From Burkholderiales bacterium (GTDB taxonomy: Bacteria; Pseudomonadota; Gammaproteobacteria; Burkholderiales; Burkholderiaceae_F), in the NCBI GenBank assembly GCA_016716275.1, contig JADJWR010000002.1:525662-589661 (forward strand): DNA of 64,000 nucleotides, given 5' to 3'. Of the stretch, positions 7,985 through 16,440 are shown piece by piece (the stretch's first letter is position 1; the number at the start of each line of letters is the position of its first letter). A program made the translations under genes and the position numbers. The notes below the pieces were generated by a model that worked only from the letters and a program-made list of their open reading frames with translations, had not been told where the DNA came from and made no database searches.

Positions 7985-8658
7985 CAGTCCGGGGTCTCCA
8001 GGTCGCCGAGGGTGTAGCCGACACCGCGCACGTTGCGGATCGCGCGCTCGCCGAGCTTGCGGCGCAGGTTGTGGATGTGCACTTCGACCGTGTTGCTGCC
8101 GACCGGCTCGTTCCAGCCGTACAGGCGCTCCTCTAGCTGCGCGCGCGACAGCACCGCGTCGGGCTTCTCCAGCAGCGCCTGAAGCAAGGCGAACTCGCGC
8201 GCCGACAGCGCGAGCGGCTGCTCGCCCAGCCACGCCGTGTGCTTGGCCGGGTCCAGCCGCAGCCGCCCGTGGGCCAGCAGCGGCTCGGCGCGGCCGGACG
8301 CGCGGCGCAGCAGCGCACGAACGCGCGCCAGCAGTTCGTCGAGGTCGAACGGCTTGACCAGGTAGTCGTCGGCGCCGGCATCGAGCCCGGCGATCCGGTC
8401 GCCGACGGTGTCGCGTGCGGTCATCACGAGCACCGGCAGCCGGTCGCCGCGCGCGCGCAGGTCGGCGAGCAGCTGCAGGCCGTCGCGCCCGGGCAGGCCG
8501 AGGTCGAGCAGCAGCAGCGCGTACGGCGCTCCGGCGGCCAGCGCCCGTGCGCCGGACGGGCCGTCCTGTGCCCAGTCGACGCCATGGCCTTCGCCGCGCA
8601 ACGCGTCGGCGACGGCTTCGCCGATCATCGGGTCGTCTTCGACCAGCAGCAGGCGCAC
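7984..8658 (-). CDS. OmpR-family response regulator
   Basis: GTG at complement of 8656-8658. Receiver domain (RLLLVEDDPMIGEAV..., LLLLDLGLPGRDG) plus winged-helix output (TVEVHIHNLRRKLG...IRNVRGVGYTL). Confidence 0.9.
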   Translation of the reverse strand: MRLLLVEDDPMIGEAVADALRGEGHGVDWAQDGPSGARALAAGAPYALLLLDLGLPGRDGLQLLADLRARGDRLPVLVMTARDTVGDRIAGLDAGADDYLVKPFDLDELLARVRALLRRASGRAEPLLAHGRLRLDPAKHTAWLGEQPLALSAREFALLQALLEKPDAVLSRAQLEERLYGWNEPVGSNTVEVHIHNLRRKLGERAIRNVRGVGYTLGDLETPD

Positions 8659-8766
8659 GGTGCGGGCCTCGGGGAGGGCGGTGGCTTGACTGCACGAAGG
8701 ATACGGAATGGTCGGCCTGAGCGAGAATCGGCGGGCACCTGCCCGCACAGAACAGGGGAACAAGCC

Positions 8767-9015
8767 ATGGATGATTCGACCGACCGGCCGCCGCTGCCCG
8801 ACCGGCTCTCGACCGACCCGCGCAGCCCGTTTCACGACGCCGCCGTGCTCGAGCACGTCATCGGCATCCGCTTCAACGGCTACGAGCGCTCGGACGTCGA
8901 GGAGTACTGCATCAGCGAGGGCTGGGTGAAGGTGGCCGCCGGCAAGACGCTCGATCGCCATGGCCGACCGCTGCTGCTCAAGCTCAAGGGAACGGTCGAG
9001 CCGTTCTATCGATAG
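8767..9015 (+). CDS. Small conserved protein, DUF3297-like
   Basis: 82 aa: MDDSTDRPPLPDRLSTDPRSPFHDAAVLEHVIGIRFNGYERSDVEEYCISEGWVKVAAGKTLDRHGRPLLLKLKGTVEPFYR. The family name is from memory of similar betaproteobacterial proteins. Confidence 0.65.
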   Translation: MDDSTDRPPLPDRLSTDPRSPFHDAAVLEHVIGIRFNGYERSDVEEYCISEGWVKVAAGKTLDRHGRPLLLKLKGTVEPFYR

Positions 9016-9064
9016 CGCGACGCGGCGATCGCCTGCCGGTCGACGCGAAGCCGGACGCGGGATC

Positions 9065-9162
9065 GAGACGCCGGCATGCCCTGTTGCGCTCGTGTCCCCC
9101 GGCGCCCGCCGTTGGCGGGCGCCTCCTCCTTGACCTCGCTTCACAGGGCACGCCGGCGTCTC
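9065..9162. repeat. Nested inverted-repeat element in a convergent intergenic region
   Basis: Outer arms are GAGACGCCGGCATGCCCTGT (9065-9084) and ACAGGGCACGCCGGCGTCTC (9143-9162), matching 19 of 20. The inner hairpin is perfect: GGCGCCCGCC gtt GGCGGGCGCC (9101-9123). Confidence 0.7.
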
Positions 9163-9454
9163 GCTCTGAAGCTGTGTTGCCTTGCGCCGGTGGCAGGCCG
9201 CGACGACGGATGGCCGAGGGTGGCGCGCGGCGGCCGCGGCGAAGTAAAGGCGGAGCGGCGGGCGAAGCCCGACGCGGGGGACATGAGCGGCGGCCGCCGC
9301 GCACCGCCCTCGGCGGGCACGATCTTCGCCTCACAACCGGCGAACGCATCGACGGACCGCAGCGCGTCGGCTCCGGCTGTTCAGTCGCCGCCGCGCGAAG
9401 AACGGAAGCCGGTCTGGCGCGGCAGGCGCCGGCATCCGAACAGCAAGGGTGCCG

Positions 9455-11354
9455 TCACGGTTCGTCGCCGCGCAGCGCGGCCACCCGTGCCATCAGCAAC
9501 TCAGGCGTGACCTCCTCGGCCGGCAGCGGCTCGCCGACCACCAGTTCGACCCGCGAGCGCAGGCCGCGGCGCAGCCGCGCCTCGACCGGCCGCGAGAAGG
9601 CGGCGCCGCCGTAGCGCGAGAAGAACGATCCCCACAGGCCGCGCAGCGCCATCGGGATCACCGGCACCGGCACCCGCTCGACGATCTTGCGCACGCCCTG
9701 CCGGAACGGGCTCAGCTCGCCGTCGTAGGTGATCCTGCCCTCGGGGAAGATGCACACCAGGTCGCCGTCGGCCAGCGCGGCGTCGATGCGCTCGTTGGCG
9801 CGGTCCAGCATCCGCGGGTCTTCCTTCGCCGGCGCGATGGCGATCGCCCGGGCGTTGCGGAAGAACCAGTTGGCGAGCGGCAGCCTGAAGATGCGGTGGT
9901 CCATCACGAAGCGGATCGGCCGCGGGCTCTCGCCCATGATCACCACCGCGTCGACGAAGCTGACGTGGTTGCAGGCCAGCACCGCCGCGCCTTCGGCCGG
10001 AATGCGGTCGGTGTCGACGGCGCGCACGCGGTACAGCGTGTGCGTGATCACCCAGGCCAGGAAGCGCAGCAGGAACTCCGGCACCAGCCGGTAGATGTAC
10101 AGCGCCACCGCGGCGTTCATCAGCGCCGTGACCAGGAAAAGCTGCGGGATGGTCAGCCCGGCGGCGAGCAGTCCGGTGGCCACCAGCGACGCCGCGACCA
10201 TGAACACGGCGTTCAGGATGTTGTTGGCGGCGACGATGCGCGCCACGCGCGAGCGCTCGGCGCGCGACTGGATCAGCGCATACAGCGGCACCGAGTACAG
10301 GCCGGCGGCAAGCGACAGCAGTGCGAGGTCGGCGACGATCCGCCAGGCGCCAGGCGCCGCCAGGAACTGCATCACGGTGGCGCCCTCCATCGGCGCGAAG
10401 GCGACCGAGGCGAAGTACAGGTCGACGGCGAACACGGTCATGCCGATCGAGCCGAGCGGCACCAGGCCGATCTCGACCCGCCGCCGCGACAGCCTCGCAG
10501 GCCAGCGAGCCGGCGCCGATGCCGAGCGAGAACACCGCCAGCAGGAAGGTCACCACGCCTTCCGACCCGCCGAGGTTCTCGCGCGCGTACGGCGTGAAGC
10601 TGGTCAGGAAGATCGAGCCGAAGAACCACAGCCACGAGATGCCGACGATCGAGTTGAACACCGCGGCGTCGCGGTGCGCGATCTTCAGGTTGGCCCAGGT
10701 CTCGGTGAACGGGTTCCAGTTGATCGCCAGCCCGGGGTCGGCAGCAGGCGAACGCGGCACCAGCTGCGCCGCGACCCGGCCGAGCAGGGCGACGGCCAGC
10801 ACGACCGCCGCCACGGCCAGCGCGCCGTGCTCGCCGAACCCGCCGATCAACAGCCCGGCGCCGATGGTGCCGAGCAGGATCGCGACGAAGGTGCCCATCT
10901 CCACCAGGCCGTTGCCGCCGGTCAGCTCGTGCGCGTCGAGGTGCTGCGGCAGGTAGGAGAACTTGACCGGGCCGAACACGGTCGACTGCAGCCCGAGCAG
11001 GAAGATGGCCAGGTAGACGAGCGGCGCCGACTGCAGCGCCAGGCCGGCGCCGCCGACCAGCGCCACCGCGATCTCGGCGTCCTTGATGCGGCGGATGAAC
11101 CGTGACTTCTCCAGCCTGTCGGCCAGTTGCCCGCTGGTCGCCGAGAACAGCACGAACGGCGCGATGAACAGCGCCCCGATCAGGAAACCGGCGAAGTGCG
11201 GATCGACATTGCCCCAGCGGGCGGCGGCGTAGGTGGCCAGCAGCGTGAAGGCGAACTTGAACAGGTTGTCGTTGGCGGCGCCGAGGAACTGCACCCAGAA
11301 CAGCGGCGCGAAGCGGCGCTGGCGCAGCAGGACGAACTGGTTGTTGGCGCTCAC
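9455..11354 (-). pseudogene. MFS (LplT-like lysophospholipid transporter) fused to a PlsC-type acyltransferase, interrupted by one frameshift near 10493
   Basis: The N-terminal frame (MSANNQFVLLRQRRFAPLFWVQFLGAANDNLFKF...GIGAGSLACE) loses sense after about 10494. The continuation LSRRRVEIGLVPLGSIGMTVF...NHVSFVD...FPEGRIT runs in the track ORF 9455-10462. Total length is 1900 nt, which is 3n+1. Confidence 0.8.
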
Positions 11355-11456
11355 GCGCGCTGCTCGCTAAGGTCCGCCGCTGCTCTATCGATCATCTCGG
11401 GCACTTGGCCCGACAGTGGCCGGCAATTATGTCAGCGGGCGAGGGCAGTACGCAGG

Positions 11457-13409
11457 ATGCTGCATTACATTGCGGCTCCCATGACGCCGCGCCGCCTGCC
11501 TCTGTCGCCCGCCCGCCGGCTCCTGCTGATGGTGCTCTGCGCGCTGCATCTGGCATCCGGTGCCGCGAGGGCGCAGGCAGTCGCAGTTGCAGATCCCGGA
11601 CGCGGCGGCAGCGACGCGGCGCAGGTGCTGGTAATCAGCGGCACCGATCCCTATCTGCCGGCGTTCGTCGCCATCGACAGTGCCATGCGCGATGCGATGG
11701 CCAGGCGTCGCCAGGGGCCGGTGGTCTGGATCCACGAGTCGATCGACACGGCACGCTTCGGCAGGGAGCCGGGGCCGATGCTGGCGCAACTGCTTGCCAG
11801 GAAGTACGAGAGCGTCGACATCGACGCGGTGGTTCTGGTGACCGAACCGGCGGTCGACTTCTACCTGCGCCATCGCGAGCGGCTCTGGCCCGAGGCGCCG
11901 GTGGTGTTCCACTTCGTCGCTCCCGGTTATGCCGAGCGGCTGCCCGCCGGCGCCGGACTGTCCGGCATCCCGGCGCAGGTCGACTTCGCCGGCGCGGTGC
12001 GGGTCGCCCTCGCGCTGCAGCCGAACGCGCGGCGCGCGGTGGTCGTCGGCGGCTTCTCGCCGTTCGACGAGGTGCAGCTGGCGGGTTTCCGCGAGGCGCT
12101 TTCGCCGCTCGCAGGCCGCCTGCAGGTCGAGTACCTGGTCGGCCTGTCGCCGCAGCAGGCAGCCGAGCGGCTGGCCGGCGAGATGCGCGACACGATCGTG
12201 TTCTTCGCCACCCTGTTCCGCGACGCCGACGGGCGCGTCTACGTGCCGCGCACTGCGCTCGAGACGCTCACTGCCGCCAGCAGCGCGCCGATCTACGGCG
12301 TCTACGAGTCCCAGATCGGTCACGGGCTCGCGGCCGGCGCCGTCGAATCGTTCACGGCGCGCGGCGAGCGGTTGGCCGATCTGGTGATGCGCGCCATCGA
12401 CGGATCGCTTGCCGGCCGGCCGGTGATCGAGCCGCCGCCGCCGTCGCGGTGCGTCGCCGACGGGCGGCAGCTGAAGCGGTACGGCCTGAGCGCGCGGTCG
12501 TTGCCTGCGGGCTGCGAGGTCCGCTTCGTCGAACCGGGCTTCTTCGAGCGCTACTGGTGGCAATCGCTGCTGGTGGCGCTCGCCCTGCTCGCGCAGACGC
12601 TGCTGATCACCTCGCTGCTTCTGCAGCGCCGCCGCCGGCGGGCGGCCGAACTGAGCATGCAGGCGCAGCGCGTGCAGCTGCTGCACGCCTCGCGGCTGGC
12701 GGTGGCGGGCGAGCTGACTGCGTCGATCGCGCACGAGATCAACCAGCCGCTCGGGGCGATCCTCAGCAATGCCGACGCGGCGGAGATGCTGGTCCAGTCG
12801 GGCACGATGGGGCGCGAAGAACTGCTGCAGATCCTGGCCGACATCAGGCGGGACGACCTGCGCGCCAGCGAGGTCATCAAGCGCCTGCGGGCGCTGCTGG
12901 CGCGCCAGGAAACAGAGCGCCGCCGCTTCGACCTGAACGAGGCGGTCCGGAGCACCGCGGGGATCCTGCGTGCCGAGGCCCGGCGGCGGGAGGTCGACGT
13001 CGCGTATGACCTGCGCGCGGAGCGGGCCGACGTGCTCGGCGATGCGGTGCAGATCCAGCAGGTGATCATCAACCTGATGCTCAACGCCTTCGACGCGAGC
13101 GCGGAGGTGCCGGAAGCGGCGCGGCGCGTGCGGGTCGAGACGCGCGACACCGCCAACGGCGTGCAGGTCAGCGTCCGCGATTTCGGCGTCGGTATCGCCC
13201 TGGCCGACCTGCCGCGCGTGTTCGACTCTTTCTTCAGCACCAAGCGCAGCGGCATGGGGCTCGGGCTGGCGATTGCGCGCTCGATCGTCGAGGCGCACGG
13301 CGGTACGATTTCCGCCGCCAGTTGCGAGGTCGGCGCCGAGTTCCGCTTCATCCTGCCGCTCGCTCCCGCCGCCGACCTTCCTGAGCCAGCCGCCGCCAGC
13401 ACGCCATGA
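11457..13409 (+). CDS. Sensor histidine kinase with a large periplasmic ABC-type substrate-binding-like domain
   Basis: MLHYIAAPMTPRRLPLSPARRLLLMVLCALHLASGAARA signal/TM, a periplasmic domain of about 330 aa, a second TM, H-box SIAHEINQPLGAI, and an HATPase domain (GMGLGLAIARSIVEAHGG). The alternative ATG at 11481 is equally possible. Confidence 0.85.
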   Translation: MLHYIAAPMTPRRLPLSPARRLLLMVLCALHLASGAARAQAVAVADPGRGGSDAAQVLVISGTDPYLPAFVAIDSAMRDAMARRRQGPVVWIHESIDTARFGREPGPMLAQLLARKYESVDIDAVVLVTEPAVDFYLRHRERLWPEAPVVFHFVAPGYAERLPAGAGLSGIPAQVDFAGAVRVALALQPNARRAVVVGGFSPFDEVQLAGFREALSPLAGRLQVEYLVGLSPQQAAERLAGEMRDTIVFFATLFRDADGRVYVPRTALETLTAASSAPIYGVYESQIGHGLAAGAVESFTARGERLADLVMRAIDGSLAGRPVIEPPPPSRCVADGRQLKRYGLSARSLPAGCEVRFVEPGFFERYWWQSLLVALALLAQTLLITSLLLQRRRRRAAELSMQAQRVQLLHASRLAVAGELTASIAHEINQPLGAILSNADAAEMLVQSGTMGREELLQILADIRRDDLRASEVIKRLRALLARQETERRRFDLNEAVRSTAGILRAEARRREVDVAYDLRAERADVLGDAVQIQQVIINLMLNAFDASAEVPEAARRVRVETRDTANGVQVSVRDFGVGIALADLPRVFDSFFSTKRSGMGLGLAIARSIVEAHGGTISAASCEVGAEFRFILPLAPAADLPEPAAASTP

Positions 13410-14025
13410 CCGCGCCGCCGCTGATCCACCTCGTCGACGACGACGATTCGCTGCGCAGCGCGCTGCAGCGGCTGCTCGCGGCGGCGGGTCACCGGGTCAA
13501 GGCCTACGCCTCGGCAGGCGAGTTCCTGCTCGATCCGCCGGCCGACGCGCCGGGCTGCCTGCTGCTCGACCTGCGCATGCCGGGCCCGTCGGGGCTCGAC
13601 CTGCAGGAGGCACTGGCGCGGCACGGCATCCGGCTGCCGGTGATCTTCCTCTCCGGCCATGGCGACCTCGCCACGGGCGTGCGGGCGATGAAGGCCGGCG
13701 CCGTGGACTTCCCTCAGCAAGCCGGTCGAGCGCGAGCCGCTGCTCGCCGCCGTCGCGCGGGCGCTGGAACTCGACGCCGCGCAGCGCGCCGCCTGCGGGG
13801 CGGAGGCGGAACTGCAGGCGCGCTTCTCCCAGTTGACGGCGCGCGAGCGCGAGGTGTTCGAGCTGGTCGTCGCCGGCAGGCTCAACCAAGCAGATCGCCG
13901 ATGTGCTCGGCATCGCCGAGCGCACGGTGAAGGCGCAGCGCGCCCAGGTGATGGCCAAGCTCGGCGCGGCCAACGCCGCCGAACTGGGCCGGATCGCCGC
14001 CCAGCTGCGCGGGCGCGGCGGCTAG
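13406..14025 (+). pseudogene. FixJ/LuxR-family response regulator with two +1 frameshifts (near 13711-13713 and 13886-13887)
   Basis: The receiver domain is in frame 1 up to AVDF. It continues as LSKPVEREPLLAAVARALE...LTAREREVFELVVAGRLN in the next frame, then KQIADVLGIAERTVKAQRAQVMAKLGA...RGG in the third, ending at TAG 14023-14025. Length is 620 nt, which is 3n+2. Confidence 0.8.
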
Positions 14026-14068
14026 GCTTCCTGCGCGCGGTCGCCGCGCGGGCCGATCGCCGCTTCCC

Positions 14069-14095
14069 TGCACCAAAGGGCAGGGCGGCGTGCCC
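14069..14095 (+). promoter_or_regulatory. Conserved upstream box, copy 1 (TGCACCAAAGGGCAGGGCGGCGTGCCC)
   Basis: It lies 45 nt upstream of the CheY-like gene start. A near-identical copy is at 14621-14648. It contains the dyad CCCTGC-N8-GCAGGG. Confidence 0.45.
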
Positions 14096-14139
14096 GCGGG
14101 CACGATGCGGCGTCGTGCCGCGTCGCGCACGATCGGCGG

Positions 14140-14571
14140 GTGAATCACGACCTCGCGGAAACCCCTGCCGCAAGAGCGGGCCGAGACGGCCGCGTGGTGA
14201 TCCTCGTCGAAGACGACGAGGGGCTTCGTGCCGCGCTGCAACGGGTGCTTCGCGCCTGGGGCTTCGAGACCCGGGCCCATGCAAGCGCCGAGGAGGCGCT
14301 GGCAGATGTCGCTCTCGACTGCCCCGACTGTCTGGTGGTCGACCTGAACCTGCCGGCGATGTCCGGCCTCGACCTTATCGACCGCCTTCGCGAACGCGGG
14401 GTGACGGCGCCGGCGGTCGTGATCTCGGCGCAGGACGAAGCGAGGGTTCGCCTGGAGGCGCGTCGCCGTGGGATCGAGCACTTCCTTCCCAAGCCGTTCC
14501 TCGGCAGCGCCCTGGTGCGCAAGGTCGAAGCGGCGCTCGCCGAAGGGCGCCGCGGCGGTGCCCGGTGCTGA
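14140..14571 (+). CDS. Stand-alone receiver-domain response regulator (CheY-like)
   Basis: GTG start. VVILVEDDEGLRAALQRVL..., CLVVDLNLPAMSGLDLI, AVVISAQDE and FLPKPF are receiver motifs. There is no output domain. Confidence 0.75.
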   Translation: MNHDLAETPAARAGRDGRVVILVEDDEGLRAALQRVLRAWGFETRAHASAEEALADVALDCPDCLVVDLNLPAMSGLDLIDRLRERGVTAPAVVISAQDEARVRLEARRRGIEHFLPKPFLGSALVRKVEAALAEGRRGGARC

Positions 14572-14620
14572 TGGCCGGCGGCCTCGCCTGCGGGTTCGCC
14601 CGCGCGGCCGCAGGGGCGAC

Positions 14621-14648
14621 ATGCACCAAAGGGCAGGCGGCGCTGCCC
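14621..14648 (+). promoter_or_regulatory. Conserved upstream box, copy 2 (TGCACCAAAGGGCAGGCGGCGCTGCCCC)
   Basis: It lies 113 nt upstream of the arylsulfatase ATG. It differs from copy 1 by a 1-nt indel and one substitution over about 27 nt. Confidence 0.45.
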
Positions 14649-14760
14649 CATCCGCCGATGCCGCGATGAACGGCCTGTCGCACCATCGCACGATGCTGCC
14701 CCCGCAACGCGCCGGGTGGCAGTCCACGCAGATCCACCCACCAATGAGGGAAGGGGCGAT

Positions 14761-16320
14761 ATGAGAATCATCCGGAAATTCGCGGCAGCGGCCACGTTGC
14801 TGCTCGGCGCCGCGGCCGCGTCGCCCGTCTGGGCGCAGGCGCCGGCCGCGGGCGCAAAGAGGCCGAACATCCTCGTCATCTGGGGCGACGACATCGGCCA
14901 GTTCAACATCAGCGCCTACAACCGCGGGATGATGGGCTACAAGACGCCGAACATCGACCGCATCGCCAACGAAGGCGCGCTGTTCACCGACTGGTACGGC
15001 CAGCAGAGCTGCACCGCCGGCCGCGCCGCCTTCATCACCGGCCAGTCGCCGATCCGCACCGGCCTGACCAAGGTCGGCCTGCCGGGCGCGCCGGAGGGCA
15101 TGAAGAAGGAGGACCCGACCATCGCCACGCTGCTGCGGGCGCACGGCTACGTCACCGGTCAGTTCGGCAAGAACCACCTCGGCGACCGCGACGAGATGCT
15201 GCCGACCAACCACGGCTTCGACGAGTTCTTCGGCAACCTGTACCACCTGAACGCCGAGGAGGAGCCGGAGAACCCCGACTACTTCAAGAACCCCGAGCTG
15301 AAGAAGAAGTTCGGCCCGCGCGGCGTGATCCACAGCTTCGCCGACGGCCGCATCACCGACACGGGGCCGCTGACGCGCAAGCGCATGGAGACGATCGACG
15401 AGGAAGTCACGGCGAAGACGCTCGACTTCATGCAGCGCGCCAAGGCGGCCGACAAGCCGTTCTTCGTCTGGTGGAACTCGACGCGGATGCATGTCTTCAC
15501 CCACCTGAAGAAGGAGTCGGACGGCAAGACCGGCCTGGGCATCTACGCCGACGGCATGGTCGAGCACGACGGCCACGTCGGCCAGGTGCTCGCCAAGCTC
15601 AAGGAGCTGGGCCTGGAGGAGAACACGATCGTCATGTACTCGACCGACAACGGTGCCGAGACCTTCACCTGGCCCGACGGCGGCACGACGATGTTCCGCG
15701 GCGAGAAGAACACCAACTGGGAGGGCGGCTACCGCGTGCCGACGATGATCAAGTGGCCGGGCGTCATCAAGCCGGGCACGGTCATCAACGACATCGGCGC
15801 GCACGAGGACATGCTGCTGACGCTGGTCAACGCCGCCGGCGGCAAGGACGTCGCGGAGAACTTGAAGAAGGGCGTGACGATCGGCGGCCGCAGCTACAAG
15901 GTCCATCTCGACGGCTACGACCTCGGCCCGGCGCTGCGCGGCGAAACCAAGGAGTGGCCGCGCCGCGAGTTCATCTACTGGACCGACGACGGCCAGGTCG
16001 CCGCGCTGCGCTACGACAACTGGAAGATCACCTTCCTCGAGCAGAAGGCGCACGGCCTGCGGGTGTGGCAGGAGCCGTTCACGGTGCTGCGCGCGCCGCT
16101 GCTGACCAACCTGCGCATGGACCCGTTCGAGCGCGCCGAGTACGAGAACGCGATGGGTTACCAGCGCTGGTTCATGGAGCGGATGTTCCTCATCGCGCCG
16201 GCGGGCGCGTACGTGGGCAACTGGCTGCAGAGCTTCCGCGAGTTCCCGCCGCGCCAGAAGCCGGGCAGTTTCAACCTCGAGCGCGTGATGGAGGCGGTTT
16301 CGACTCCGGCCAAGAACTGA
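14761..16320 (+). CDS. Arylsulfatase (Cys-type sulfatase family), secreted
   Basis: MRIIRKFAAAATLLLGAAAASPVWAQ signal peptide, NILVIWGDDIG, and sulfatase signature QQSCTAGRAAFITGQSP (C-x-A-x-R). 519 aa. Confidence 0.9.
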   Translation: MRIIRKFAAAATLLLGAAAASPVWAQAPAAGAKRPNILVIWGDDIGQFNISAYNRGMMGYKTPNIDRIANEGALFTDWYGQQSCTAGRAAFITGQSPIRTGLTKVGLPGAPEGMKKEDPTIATLLRAHGYVTGQFGKNHLGDRDEMLPTNHGFDEFFGNLYHLNAEEEPENPDYFKNPELKKKFGPRGVIHSFADGRITDTGPLTRKRMETIDEEVTAKTLDFMQRAKAADKPFFVWWNSTRMHVFTHLKKESDGKTGLGIYADGMVEHDGHVGQVLAKLKELGLEENTIVMYSTDNGAETFTWPDGGTTMFRGEKNTNWEGGYRVPTMIKWPGVIKPGTVINDIGAHEDMLLTLVNAAGGKDVAENLKKGVTIGGRSYKVHLDGYDLGPALRGETKEWPRREFIYWTDDGQVAALRYDNWKITFLEQKAHGLRVWQEPFTVLRAPLLTNLRMDPFERAEYENAMGYQRWFMERMFLIAPAGAYVGNWLQSFREFPPRQKPGSFNLERVMEAVSTPAKN

Positions 16321-16349
16321 CCTCGACCGGCTGGGCGGCACACAGGCAG

Positions 16350-16390
16350 GCCGACGGCGCCCGTTTCGTGGCGCCGTCGGCTTTTTCTTT
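16350..16390 (+). terminator. Rho-independent terminator after the sulfatase gene
   Basis: 12-bp stem (GCCGACGGCGCC, 8-nt loop, GGCGCCGTCGGC) followed by TTTTTCTTT. Confidence 0.85.
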
Positions 16391-16440
16391 GGCGCACCGG
16401 GCAGCCGGTCGCGCCGCGCGACGCTGCTAACCTGCCGGCC

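Noticed and set aside
8984-9349. 121-aa minus-strand ORF, and overlapping plus-strand ORFs, inside the 9016-9454 intergenic gap.
   Set aside because: The sequences are Arg/Pro-rich (RRRSCPPRAVRGGRRSCPPRR...), have no ribosome-binding site and no recognisable domain. The repeats there explain the open frames.
13700-13895. Programmed ribosomal frameshifting to explain the FixJ, LplT and cytochrome frame breaks.
   Set aside because: There are no slippery heptamers or stimulatory structures at the sites. These gene families are not known to use recoding. Two shifts in one small regulator are implausible as a mechanism.
14069-14095. The 27-nt box as a sigma-54 (-24/-12) promoter.
   Set aside because: It lacks the GG-N10-GC spacing of the TGGCAC-N5-TTGC consensus. 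No enhancer-binding-protein gene is adjacent.
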